Part shown: one piece after another, positions 18,615-28,443 of the stretch
Layout: every line of letters starts with the position of its first letter
Position numbering within the stretch: position 1 is the first letter of the stretch
NCBI GenBank assembly: GCA_018666575.1
Contig: JABIYX010000152.1
Span: 1 to 53,990 of the forward strand
Source of the DNA: Methanobacteriota archaeon
Lineage (GTDB): Archaea; Thermoplasmatota; Poseidoniia; Poseidoniales; Poseidoniaceae
Reading direction: 5' to 3'
DNA length: 53,990 nucleotides
Program-made: the position numbers and the translations under genes
The notes under the pieces: model-generated
The model's database searches: none
Told to the model about the DNA's origin: nothing
What the model saw: only the letters and a program-made list of their open reading frames with translations

Positions 18615-19580
18615 TCACACTAGATCTTTGTGATTCGGTTCTGCTCGGGCTTGTACGATGGTTCGATACACACCAAATATAGCCCATAGAGCGCACATTC
18701 CGAGAACGAAACTGTAACCCCATGGTTGGGCATCATCGACAGCCCATCCAAAGGCTAAGAGCAATCCTAAGCCGACTAAGCCTCTTCTGATACCTTGTGG
18801 AACTGCGAGTCTCATGTCAAGATGCTTTGGTCCTCCTCCAAATCTTCGCTCGTAGAATTCACCTTGAACAACTGCTCCTACAAGGATAATAGCAAGAGTC
18901 GACCAATAGAAGATGTTCCCGTTTGAAAAGAAGTCATCAGCGATTCCTTCCTGTCGTTCTGCTTCTTCGACTGCTGGATCGATATCCGCTACAAAGAGTG
19001 ATTCGAAGTCACCTACGCTAATTGTGCGAAGGGCTAATCCTTCTTCATCATCGTTCGTTGTTGAATCTGGAGCAGAGATAAAGAAGGAAAGAATATTCCA
19101 TTTATCACCTTCATTTGCTCCATTCTGTCCATCAACTGCATTGCCGACCAGAGTGAAGGAAACTTCTCCAACATCTTCGGTTGGTGCAATCCAAGATACA
19201 ACCCAACCATTTCCTGGTTCTGAGTGAGAGACTGCTGTTGGTTCAGCGGGAACTTGTTGTTGGCCTTCTCCCGCTGTCAGTGTTCCGACTCCATAGCTCC
19301 ATAGCATGAATCCACCTTCGCCATAGGAGGCATGTTGGAGGTTTATTGTGAAATCATACGAGGCTCCTACGTCGTAAGAACGTGGAATTCCAGAGATCGA
19401 AACAACGACTTCAGTCGATGGTTGACCGTTTACAGGACCGCCTACTCCGTGGCAGGTACAACCGCCTTCGATGGTCAGACCGCCTTGGCTATTTTCCCAA
19501 GGTGGACCGTTGGGATTAGCAATGACTGGTGCAATAAGACAGACAGCCAAGAGAAGAATTAGTAGAGTTCGTGAACGCAT
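18615..19580 (-). CDS. Secreted Reeler/choice-of-anchor-V-like protein with a CxCH motif and C-terminal TMs
   Basis: Signal peptide, GCTCHG, GGF...SH...WIAP...GNAVDG pattern, and 3 C-terminal TMs. Confidence 0.7.
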   Translation of the reverse strand: MRSRTLLILLLAVCLIAPVIANPNGPPWENSQGGLTIEGGCTCHGVGGPVNGQPSTEVVVSISGIPRSYDVGASYDFTINLQHASYGEGGFMLWSYGVGTLTAGEGQQQVPAEPTAVSHSEPGNGWVVSWIAPTEDVGEVSFTLVGNAVDGQNGANEGDKWNILSFFISAPDSTTNDDEEGLALRTISVGDFESLFVADIDPAVEEAERQEGIADDFFSNGNIFYWSTLAIILVGAVVQGEFYERRFGGGPKHLDMRLAVPQGIRRGLVGLGLLLAFGWAVDDAQPWGYSFVLGMCALWAIFGVYRTIVQARAEPNHKDLV

Positions 19581-19645
19581 GAGCCTTCCTCCAATGTTAC
19601 TGCCATCCCTAAGAGACCTTTCAACGTTCCTTATCCACCAGTAAA

Positions 19646-21061
19646 TCAGATCTCTTTTATGGCGTTATTCAAACCAGTCATCATGGCCTTTCCGTCACCG
19701 AACAACATCATTGTCTTGTCCATGTAGAAGAGGTCATTGTCGACGCCTGCATAGCCTACAGAGAGGGAACGCTTGATGATGACTACAGTACGTGCAGCAT
19801 CTGCATCGATAATTGGCATTCCGGCAAGTGGCCCTTCACCACTGCGAGCAGCAGGGTTCGTTGTATCGTTTGCTCCGATGACAATTGCAACGTCACATTC
19901 TGGGAATTCAGAGTTGATTTCATCCATTTCAATGAGTTGTTCATAGGGAACGTTTGCTTCAGCCAAGAGTACATTCATGTGGCCTGGCATACGGCCTGCT
20001 ACTGGATGAATCGCATACTTGACTTCTGTATCGAATTTCTCTGATACCAAATCTGCAAATTCCTTGACTTGGTGTTGGCATTGTGAAACAGCCATTCCAT
20101 ATCCAGGGACGATGATGACTTTCTGTGCGCCATCGATCATCATAGCTACTTCATCAGGGTCTGAACCAACCTTCGTTCGCGTCAATGATTCCTTCTCACC
20201 CGAGCCACCAAAGGACTTGAACAAGACATCAGCAAGTGTACGATTCATTGCCTTACACATGATGAAGGTTAGAATCAATCCTGAAGCACCAACAAGGGAA
20301 CCAGCGATAATGAGTGCTGAGTTTCCGATAATGAATCCAGTGAATGCAGCTGCGATACCAGACAACGAGTTGAGGAGTGAAACTACAACCGGCATGTCCG
20401 CTCCACCGATAGGAAGAACCAACACGAGTCCGAGTAAGCATGAGATGCCGATAATACTCCACAGATATGTGGTGTTTGTTGGGTCATCTATGCTTAGGTA
20501 AATGAGAACTGCAACAGCAATTACCAGCAAAACTTTGACCGGATTGAGCCAAGCAGGGCCCCATGTTGGTGTTTTGATCCACTTACCAAATACGCTTACT
20601 CCACCTTTGAGTTTGTACATAGCAAGAAGGGAACCGGTGAGTGTCATCCAACCGACCAAAGCAGATAGACCAGCAGCAACCATAGTAACAGTGAGTTCAA
20701 GACCAGTTGGTATAGTGCCACCATCGATGTACTTCTGGATCTCTGAGAGAGCAACAAGTGCTGATGCTGCACCACCAAATCCATTGAATAATGCGACAAG
20801 TTCTGGCATACCGGTCATTTCAACACGCACGGCCATGACATAGCCGATAAGTGAACCAAGGGCTATTCCTGCACCGATCAAGACCCATTCCGCATCTCCT
20901 TCGAGTTGCATACTGAGTATCGTTGTGAGTACTGCTACAAGCATACCGAGTGCACCGAGTTGATTGCCAAATGGTGCAGTTCTTGGATGCCCGAGTTTCT
21001 TCAATCCAAAAATGAAGAGAGCGGCAGATAGCAAATATCCGAGTGAAACCCAATCTTCCAT
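19646..21061 (-). CDS. pntB: NAD(P) transhydrogenase subunit beta
   Basis: MPELVALFNGFGG, IGGADMPVV, VPGYGMAV, IHPVAGRMPGHMNVLLAEA and GANDTTNPAA. Confidence 0.96.
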   Translation of the reverse strand: MEDWVSLGYLLSAALFIFGLKKLGHPRTAPFGNQLGALGMLVAVLTTILSMQLEGDAEWVLIGAGIALGSLIGYVMAVRVEMTGMPELVALFNGFGGAASALVALSEIQKYIDGGTIPTGLELTVTMVAAGLSALVGWMTLTGSLLAMYKLKGGVSVFGKWIKTPTWGPAWLNPVKVLLVIAVAVLIYLSIDDPTNTTYLWSIIGISCLLGLVLVLPIGGADMPVVVSLLNSLSGIAAAFTGFIIGNSALIIAGSLVGASGLILTFIMCKAMNRTLADVLFKSFGGSGEKESLTRTKVGSDPDEVAMMIDGAQKVIIVPGYGMAVSQCQHQVKEFADLVSEKFDTEVKYAIHPVAGRMPGHMNVLLAEANVPYEQLIEMDEINSEFPECDVAIVIGANDTTNPAARSGEGPLAGMPIIDADAARTVVIIKRSLSVGYAGVDNDLFYMDKTMMLFGDGKAMMTGLNNAIKEI

Positions 21062-21062
21062 T

Positions 21063-21374
21063 TCAAGCACCTCTTCTCTTCTTTCCAGCAATCATATTCA
21101 ACATACGATTCGTAACAAGGAATCCACCTACAACGTTAATCATTGCTAAAACTACAGCAACGAATGCTAGAATTCCAGAAATCTCAGTGTTTCCTGAATC
21201 ATAAGCAACATTTGCGCCGATAAGAGCACCGATGATGGAAATTCCAGAAATAGCATTTGCACCACTCATGAGTGGAGTGTGAAGTGTTGCTGGAACCTTT
21301 GTAATCAATTCAAATCCAAGGAAAATCGCAAGTACAAACAGTGTTATGTTTCCAATCAAAAAATCTGGTGTCAT
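21063..21374 (-). CDS. pntAB: NAD(P) transhydrogenase subunit alpha part 2
   Basis: VPATLHTPLMSGANAISG and INVVGGFLVTNRML. Confidence 0.95.
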   Translation of the reverse strand: MTPDFLIGNITLFVLAIFLGFELITKVPATLHTPLMSGANAISGISIIGALIGANVAYDSGNTEISGILAFVAVVLAMINVVGGFLVTNRMLNMIAGKKRRGA

Positions 21375-22534
21375 TCGAGTGCACCTCCAAGGCGGGTTTG
21401 TTTAGGATGTAATGCCCCATCTTTACAGATGAGTACGCCACCCATTCCGTTGACATAGAAGTCGCTCCCTTCTGGGGCGCCTACGAGAATGTCATCTTCT
21501 TCTGAGATCTTTACTTCTCCTTCATCGACCAATGAGGTAATGAATGTTGTAAGGTTGTTTGAGTACAGCATACTTGCTGTGGTTGCAATTGTTCCAGGAA
21601 GATTTGATGTTCCCACAATGATGACACCATTCTCGGTGGTGATGACTTTACCTGCAACTGTGTCTTCGCAGTTTCCACCTACATCTGCATTCATATCAAC
21701 AACGACTGCTCCAGACTTGAAATTCTGAACGGCAGAAGAAGGAACTGTAATTGGTGCTGGTCGCCCAAAGATACGAGCAGTTGTAACGATGATATCTGCA
21801 TCAGCAGCAACACCGCATACTGTATCGTTTACTTTTTGAATAAATTCAGGAGTAAGAGGTTTAGCATAACCCGCTTCATCTTCAAAGTCGTCCATTCCAT
21901 CGACTTCGATGAATCGACCGCCAACGGATTCTATCTGTTCTGCTGCAGACTTACGAACATCTGAGGCATAGACAACTGCTCCGAGGCGTTTTGCTGTTGC
22001 AATTGCTTGAAGTCCAGCAACACCTGAACCCATTATGACGACCTTTGCAGGTCGAACTGTTCCTGCAGAAGTTGTCATCATTGGAATCCCCTTAGGGACC
22101 TGAGATGCTCCGAGGAGAACTGCTTTGTATCCTGCGAGATTATCTTGGCTTGAATTAACGTCCATTGATTGAGCTCGGCTTAGACGGCGTGGAATCATGT
22201 CCATGGAAAGCAATGTGATGTTTGCATTTATGCAATCTTTGACATGCTGTGGATTTCTAAAGGGATCCGAAACACAAGCCAAAGTCGTCCCTTCTGCAAG
22301 TCCATCAATTCCAGGGAATCGAATGGTGATGAGGTTAGCACAGGCAAGAGCATCTTCACGTGATCCTACAGTAGCGCCAGCCGCTGTGTAAGCATCGTCA
22401 GAGTAATTTGCGCTCTTTCCAGCACCAGTTTCAACGACCACTTCAAAACCAGCTTTGAGCAGTTTCTTCATGCTGGTTGGAACGATAGCAACTCGGGTTT
22501 CATCAGCGGGTTCTTTGAGTACTCCCAACTTCAT
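21371..22534 (-). CDS. pntAA: NAD(P) transhydrogenase subunit alpha part 1
   Basis: MKLGVLKE...ETRVA, SRAQSMDV and GSGVAGLQAIATAKRLGA. ATG at 22534 follows AGGTG. Confidence 0.95.
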   Translation of the reverse strand: MKLGVLKEPADETRVAIVPTSMKKLLKAGFEVVVETGAGKSANYSDDAYTAAGATVGSREDALACANLITIRFPGIDGLAEGTTLACVSDPFRNPQHVKDCINANITLLSMDMIPRRLSRAQSMDVNSSQDNLAGYKAVLLGASQVPKGIPMMTTSAGTVRPAKVVIMGSGVAGLQAIATAKRLGAVVYASDVRKSAAEQIESVGGRFIEVDGMDDFEDEAGYAKPLTPEFIQKVNDTVCGVAADADIIVTTARIFGRPAPITVPSSAVQNFKSGAVVVDMNADVGGNCEDTVAGKVITTENGVIIVGTSNLPGTIATTASMLYSNNLTTFITSLVDEGEVKISEEDDILVGAPEGSDFYVNGMGGVLICKDGALHPKQTRLGGALE

Positions 22535-22666
22535 AATTACACCTATGTTTCGCCCACACAGAGGGGGTTCTTCAATGCCACCCTCCATCTCGATGGGGAA
22601 TTCGTTTGGGAACAACCATCTGAATTAAAGAGCGTCTCGTTCACAGAATCAATTGAGGAGAGAATT

Positions 22667-23605
22667 ATGTCCCGTGGAAGCCGTAAAATTGCAGTAATTG
22701 GAGCAGGAAATGTAGGTGCAACTTGTGCCTTTGTTCTATCAAATATGAAAATCGCCGACATTGTTCTCCTTGATATCTATGAAGGATTTGCAAAAGGAAA
22801 AGCATTGGACATGAGTCAGAATGCTAACGTCCTAAATTACAATGGAACAATCACTGGAACTTCTTCCTATGAGGACATTGCTGGTTCTGATGTTGTCGTC
22901 GTTACAAGTGGATTCCCAAGACAACCTGGAATGACTCGAGAAGATCTCATTGGTAAGAATGCTGAAATTATTGCACAGGTTGGTGCAGGTATTCGTGATC
23001 ACGCACCTGATGCTGTTGTTATCGTTGTCACAAATCCACTCGACCTCATGACTTATCACATGCAGAAAGTTACAGGATTCCCTTCGAATCGTGTTATTGG
23101 GCAAGCAGGAGTCTTGGATAGCGCTCGTATGGCTCACTTTATTGCATTGGAATTGGGATGTGCAGAAGAAGATGTCAGCCCAATGGTTCTTGGAGGCCAT
23201 GGTGATACTATGGTGCCACTTCCTCGATACACAACTGTTGGCGGGATTCCAATTACCCAGTTAATGAGTCAAGAGCGTATTGACGCCATTTCCGCACGCA
23301 CTGCTGGCGGTGGCGGAGAGATTGTCAAACTGCTTGAAAGAGGTTCTGCTTTCTATGCACCAGGTTCTGCAGCTGCTATCATGGCTGAATCGGTGCTCAA
23401 CAACCGCCGTCGCCTACTGCCTGCATCATGCCACCTAACCGGTCAGTATGGGCTCGATGAAGTTTACATCGGTGTCCCTTGTTTACTCGGTTCGAATGGT
23501 GTAGAACAAATCTTTGAACTCGATCTCTCTGAAGACGAACTCGCTTCCCTTCAAGAATCAGGTAACTTCTACAAGAATCAACTCAAAGATGTTCTCGGTT
23601 ATTGA
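22667..23605 (+). CDS. mdh: Malate dehydrogenase (LDH-like)
   Basis: IGAGNVG, PRQPGMTREDL (MDH Arg), VTNPLD, LDSAR, LGGHGD and GSAFYAP. Confidence 0.95.
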   Translation: MSRGSRKIAVIGAGNVGATCAFVLSNMKIADIVLLDIYEGFAKGKALDMSQNANVLNYNGTITGTSSYEDIAGSDVVVVTSGFPRQPGMTREDLIGKNAEIIAQVGAGIRDHAPDAVVIVVTNPLDLMTYHMQKVTGFPSNRVIGQAGVLDSARMAHFIALELGCAEEDVSPMVLGGHGDTMVPLPRYTTVGGIPITQLMSQERIDAISARTAGGGGEIVKLLERGSAFYAPGSAAAIMAESVLNNRRRLLPASCHLTGQYGLDEVYIGVPCLLGSNGVEQIFELDLSEDELASLQESGNFYKNQLKDVLGY

Positions 23606-23646
23606 ACCGGCTATCCACAGGAAGCGCATTGCCACCTTGAATGGAT

Positions 23647-24297
23647 TCAAATTCTTCGAATGACCAGGGAATGTGTTTTTCCAGGAGTCGTAGCGTCATC
23701 AGGTTGTCCTTCGATTAGAACCAATGATTTTCCTGTGTTGTTTCGACTACGCATTCGAGTAAGAATCTCTTGCCCTACATAACATCCCTTTGATTCATGA
23801 ACAAGATGTTCGAGTCCACAATTGAATGGGTGCACTTGTTGAGTGATTTCGTATTCTTGATGGGGAAGGACATTTTGGATACGGTGTTCATTAAATTCTT
23901 CATCGCTCATTGTTGATTCAATAGAAATGGATTTTGGTACAACCAGAATCCAACCTCTAAACGTCTGAACCACAGTGACATTTTCAGTATCAGGATATTG
24001 ATCGAAGGAAATAAACACATTATTGAATTCGGAAATGTCACGAATTAAGACATCTTGTTGAAGAATTCGTGAATTGAGGTGCCCTACAAGGTTTTGTTTG
24101 AAGGAATTATGACCGACTATTGCAACATTATCTCCTACGCAAATCACTTCAACCATATCGATAATTTTGGCATTTTGTTTGGTAAAAACGGTTGTACACG
24201 TTCCTTCAACTTTGTTTGTGGAAAGACCATCTAAGAATTGTAAACTATCTTTTCCTGAAAGGAGTAAGACGTATGAGTCAAGTTGAAACACTCGCAT
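23647..24297 (-). CDS. ygfZ: Short YgfZ/IBA57-family Fe-S maturation protein
   Basis: GKDSLQFLDGLSTN and the signature KGCYVGQE. Confidence 0.85.
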   Translation of the reverse strand: MRVFQLDSYVLLLSGKDSLQFLDGLSTNKVEGTCTTVFTKQNAKIIDMVEVICVGDNVAIVGHNSFKQNLVGHLNSRILQQDVLIRDISEFNNVFISFDQYPDTENVTVVQTFRGWILVVPKSISIESTMSDEEFNEHRIQNVLPHQEYEITQQVHPFNCGLEHLVHESKGCYVGQEILTRMRSRNNTGKSLVLIEGQPDDATTPGKTHSLVIRRI

Positions 24298-24306
24298 GAG
24301 CGTTCC

Positions 24307-24687
24307 TCAAGCAAAGGATTCGCCGCAACCACATGAACTGGATGCGTTTGGGTTATTGATCTTGAACCCGCCACCCATTAATCGATCGACATAATCAACT
24401 TCGATGCCATCAAGAAGATGAGAAGATGCATTTGGAACGAGTACTCGGAAACCAGAAATTTCAATTTCTTGACAGTCGATGTCCGTGGTTTCAACAATTT
24501 GTAAATCATACATATATCCTGAGCATCCACCGGACAAAACACCTACAAGAAGTGCATGACTTCGGTCATCCCCAAAGGCTTCAGTAAGCATGTCTATTGC
24601 CTTTTCAGTGATGGTTAAATTCACATCAACTACTTCAGGTTTGATGATTTCAATAGCCGGGGCAGTCTCGCAAGTTCCACAGTCCAT
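24307..24687 (-). CDS. iscA: A-type Fe-S carrier (IscA/HesB family)
   Basis: GGCSGYMY and NPNASSSCGCGESF. Confidence 0.92.
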   Translation of the reverse strand: MDCGTCETAPAIEIIKPEVVDVNLTITEKAIDMLTEAFGDDRSHALLVGVLSGGCSGYMYDLQIVETTDIDCQEIEISGFRVLVPNASSHLLDGIEVDYVDRLMGGGFKINNPNASSSCGCGESFA

Positions 24688-24729
24688 GGTAAGCCCACGC
24701 ACAGGTGGAATATGAATCTGACTTTCAAA

Positions 24730-27039
24730 TCAACTTCTTGAGAGTTTTTTCTTTCTCTCTTTTTCAAGGATGGTACAGCGACGAATTTGTTCCTTTGCAC
24801 GGCTTGTTTCTTCTGACGATAAACCACGAGGCATGGCTTGTTCATAGCACTTGATTGCATCCGGAAATCGTTCCATTTCTGCATAAGCAGTACCCATGTT
24901 ATAGAGTGTCTGACCTCGAACATTTGATGGGTCGATCATCATAGCCTTGTGGTATGATTCAACGCAAGCAGGATACTCTTCCATGAAGTAGAATGCATTT
25001 CCTCTTCCATTTAATATGCGAATAACCATTTCATTGTCATTTGCAAACGATGGTAAAGCCCGATCAAAGCTGGAAAGTGCTTCTCGATACTTTCCATCTT
25101 CAATCAACTGAACACCTTGATTATACCACGAAATATCCTGGTTTGATACGGAACTTGAACCAACACTTACTTGACTTGATGAGGCTATTATCGCTGAAGC
25201 ATCAAGTGCGGCCTTCGCCAAGTCTACTTCCACCTTTGGCTCTTCTCTAATTTCTTGGGCTCTTGGTTGAACTGGAGTGAGGAGCAAATTGTTCGCTACT
25301 GATTTTTCTTCTTCTGTAACGGTGGCTTGCACAGGTGGTGCCACATACTGTTGTTGTACTGGTTCCAGAGGAACTTGAGCAAATTGTTCAGCTTGCACAG
25401 GTTGTGCAGGCTGCGGTTCAGCCGCAATCATTGGGGGTGCTTGAGTTCCAGATTCTAGTTCGTTTGCTTTTGCATGGCATCGTTGTGCAGTGGCTAAATC
25501 CCCAGCCGCTTCTAATGACCGAGCAAGACCTTTCCAAAGACCGGAATTTTGTTTATCTGTTTGAATAAGTTCCTTCCAGATTTTCACTGCTTCGATATTA
25601 TCACCCTTGAGCGTCATTGCTCGGGCTCTTTGTTCTGATGGGCCTGGGGCTAAAAGGTCTAATGCGTATTGTGCCAATTGAGGTGCTTCGGGCATTGTTG
25701 GAGGAATACCCGTAATGTTCTCTAAAACATCCACTTCTTGTTCAGCACAGGACAGGAGGTGTTCAATGATTTCATTGCGTAATGCAGCATCATCTTGAAC
25801 CTCTAAGAAGGTCATTCCATGAGAGAGGACATCTCCGATATTTCCAGATTCCTTTGCATAATCAACGAGTTTCAAGCGGGCTTTTAGATGTCTGTTATCA
25901 AGTTCAATTGTACTTTCAAAGGCTTGTATTGCCTTCTCTGTTTGATCGTTTCGTGCATAAAGCGTTCCAAGATTATACCATCCACTTGCGACGGATTCAT
26001 CCAGTCGGGTTGCGTGTTCCAATGCAGCGATCGCATGAGAATCTAATTCCATTCGAGCCATTGCTCCACCCGCTATTCTCCATGCACCGGCATGATTAGC
26101 ACCAATTGTTTTGAGATGAGGCTTAAGCAAGGCTAATGCTTTCTTAGGTTCGCCTTGGCGAATCATTTCTGTGGCTTCAGCAGTGAGTTTTTCGAGATCA
26201 ATTTCTTCAATGATTGGAGCATTTTCGATCTCCGTTTCGATTGCTTCCTGAATCTCCGTTTCAATCTGTTGAGTTGCAGCAACTACTTCTGCTGCACTTT
26301 GGAGCTCTTCTTTGTCAAGATGTCCGTCTCCATCGATGTCGTGATGAACTGCTTCTGCTAAGATGGCTTCAGAATCTGAAACGCCTGAGTCGGCCATAAC
26401 GTTGACAAGAGTGGATTCATGATGTGTTGCCTTGGTCACAGTGGATTCGATTGCATCTGGGACTTCTTCCACGGATGCATTTTTTGAACGAGTTAGTACA
26501 TCTGTAAGACTTGGGTGGCCAGGAAAGAATTCTAGGCCTCTTCGAGCCATAGCAGCTGCTCCAACTTCGTCTCCAATTCTGTCTAGAAGAATAGCTAGGT
26601 TTGCGGTTGCAGGTGCGTGATCTGGATTGAGATCGAGGCAAATTTGGAACGCTTGTCTTGCTCCACGGGCGTCTTGTTGGGCTTCGAGCAGTACCCCTCG
26701 GTTGAACCAAGCCATGTCACAAGATGGGTCAAGAGCGATTGCTTTATTGAATGCAACCAAAGCGTCCTGAGGATTATTTGATCTTGAATGTGCTTCTCCT
26801 ACTCCAAGAAGTACATTGACTTGATCCTCGACAGATTCAGTTTCGGAAACTGCTTCTGAAAATTCCTTCGCCGGAGGTTCTGATGTCGAAGTTTGGACTT
26901 CTGCATCTTCTTGAACAATCGATTGTTCAGAGTTGTTTTCCTCGTCTGCAAGGCCTGCAGAGCGCATGGCATCGGCCATGTCATTCATCAATGAGTCTGA
27001 CATTTCTTTGTCCGCTTCACCATCGTTCATGAACTGCAC
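24730..27039 (-). CDS. Multi-TPR protein with an internal EF-hand module
   Basis: Repeated TPR consensus (AWFNRG, GWYNLG, SWYNQG, LYNMG); DIDGDGHLDKEE loop; Pro/Gln linker. Confidence 0.88.
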   Translation of the reverse strand: MQFMNDGEADKEMSDSLMNDMADAMRSAGLADEENNSEQSIVQEDAEVQTSTSEPPAKEFSEAVSETESVEDQVNVLLGVGEAHSRSNNPQDALVAFNKAIALDPSCDMAWFNRGVLLEAQQDARGARQAFQICLDLNPDHAPATANLAILLDRIGDEVGAAAMARRGLEFFPGHPSLTDVLTRSKNASVEEVPDAIESTVTKATHHESTLVNVMADSGVSDSEAILAEAVHHDIDGDGHLDKEELQSAAEVVAATQQIETEIQEAIETEIENAPIIEEIDLEKLTAEATEMIRQGEPKKALALLKPHLKTIGANHAGAWRIAGGAMARMELDSHAIAALEHATRLDESVASGWYNLGTLYARNDQTEKAIQAFESTIELDNRHLKARLKLVDYAKESGNIGDVLSHGMTFLEVQDDAALRNEIIEHLLSCAEQEVDVLENITGIPPTMPEAPQLAQYALDLLAPGPSEQRARAMTLKGDNIEAVKIWKELIQTDKQNSGLWKGLARSLEAAGDLATAQRCHAKANELESGTQAPPMIAAEPQPAQPVQAEQFAQVPLEPVQQQYVAPPVQATVTEEEKSVANNLLLTPVQPRAQEIREEPKVEVDLAKAALDASAIIASSSQVSVGSSSVSNQDISWYNQGVQLIEDGKYREALSSFDRALPSFANDNEMVIRILNGRGNAFYFMEEYPACVESYHKAMMIDPSNVRGQTLYNMGTAYAEMERFPDAIKCYEQAMPRGLSSEETSRAKEQIRRCTILEKERKKKLSRS

Positions 27040-27134
27040 CTAACCTTCGGCATGACTGTTATGGCATAAGCATTGTTCCTTATTGGTTATACGATAATGC
27101 ATGGTTTCTTCTATCACATCTGCTTAGCATTGGT

Positions 27135-27689
27135 ATGGCAGAAACACCGCTACGTATTATGGGACTCTCAGGTTCTTATGGAATATCTTCGAAGAACGGA
27201 ATGCTTGTTGATTTAGCTCTAAGGAAAGCCGAGGCCTTGGGTGCTGAAATTATGTTTTGGGATCTGACTGAACATCCACTCCCTCTCGTGGGTGCTGAAG
27301 GCAGTTGGAGCGATCCAATGACTAAGAAATTCCAAGAAGCAGCATCAAATTGCGATGGATTCCTGGTATCCTCTCCCGAATATCACGGTACAATGTCTGG
27401 TGTTATGAAAAACACATTCGATTGGGTCTATGAGAAGCATGTTGGTGGCAAAGTTTTCGGTTTGATGTCGACACTTGGCGGCATGGAAAATTCAAACACA
27501 CTCAATCACATGAGGATTATGGTTCGATGGTTACACGGTATCGCTGTAACTCAACAACTTGCAATTGGGCATGTTAAAGATGCATTTGACGATGATGGTA
27601 ATTTAGTTGATGAAGATTCTGACCGTCGCTTACAAACACTTGTTGAATCAGTATTGAAAACCGCTGAAATGTATCGTAATTCTCAGTGA
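27135..27689 (+). CDS. NADPH-dependent FMN reductase (flavodoxin fold)
   Basis: GLSGS, SPEYHGTMSGVMKNTFDW and GKVFG. Confidence 0.9.
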   Translation: MAETPLRIMGLSGSYGISSKNGMLVDLALRKAEALGAEIMFWDLTEHPLPLVGAEGSWSDPMTKKFQEAASNCDGFLVSSPEYHGTMSGVMKNTFDWVYEKHVGGKVFGLMSTLGGMENSNTLNHMRIMVRWLHGIAVTQQLAIGHVKDAFDDDGNLVDEDSDRRLQTLVESVLKTAEMYRNSQ

Positions 27690-27693
27690 TTCT

Positions 27694-28443
27694 ATGCAAC
27701 CAAGCAAGCCATTCTTTGAAGATGAATTCGGAGGAAGTTATCTTCTTGTTGAACCTGGTTCATTCATCTTAGGCGATCAAATTGGTTCAGGCCATCCGAA
27801 CGAACAACCATGCGTTGAAGTGACTCTCTCAGAACCAATTTTCTTGGGAGCACGCCAAGTCACTCAAGTTCAATGGGCGACTCGAATGGGATCAAATCCA
27901 TCAAAATTTCAAGAAGGTTGGAGCGCTGGTTTACGGCCAGTTGAAAGCATAACGTATGAAGAAGTGACACAATTCCTTGAAATTTTGAATTCAGAACCAT
28001 CGTCGTATCTTGGATTGAATGGGACTTGGCGATTACCCACCGAAGCTGAATGGGAGTATGCTGCTAAAGCAGGCACGATTACACGCTGGTCCTTTGGAAA
28101 CAAGGATTCAGAACTTGATGCACACGGATGGCATGCAGGTAACAGCGGTGCAACTACTCGGGAAGTTGGCTCCAAGAAAGCCAATCAATGGGGATTTTTC
28201 GATATGCACGGCTTAGTTCATGAAATGACTTCTGATCAATGGAATAAAGATCATTCTGAGCACCATCGTGGTCAAACACAACGAACTGGTCCGAATCCCG
28301 AATACAGAGTTGCTAAAGGGGGCTCATGGTTCACAGAAAGTGATTCTTCACGTTCATCCTCTCGAAGGAAATTTGATATTCACAAAGGAAGAGACGGAAT
28401 TGGTATTCGTCTTGTGTGGGAACCAACGGAGATGAAGTCATGA
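27694..28443 (+). CDS. Formylglycine-generating enzyme (SUMF1) domain protein
   Basis: PGSFILG, RLPTEAEWEYAA, NQWGFFDMHG, KGGSW and GIRLV. Confidence 0.88.
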   Translation: MQPSKPFFEDEFGGSYLLVEPGSFILGDQIGSGHPNEQPCVEVTLSEPIFLGARQVTQVQWATRMGSNPSKFQEGWSAGLRPVESITYEEVTQFLEILNSEPSSYLGLNGTWRLPTEAEWEYAAKAGTITRWSFGNKDSELDAHGWHAGNSGATTREVGSKKANQWGFFDMHGLVHEMTSDQWNKDHSEHHRGQTQRTGPNPEYRVAKGGSWFTESDSSRSSSRRKFDIHKGRDGIGIRLVWEPTEMKS

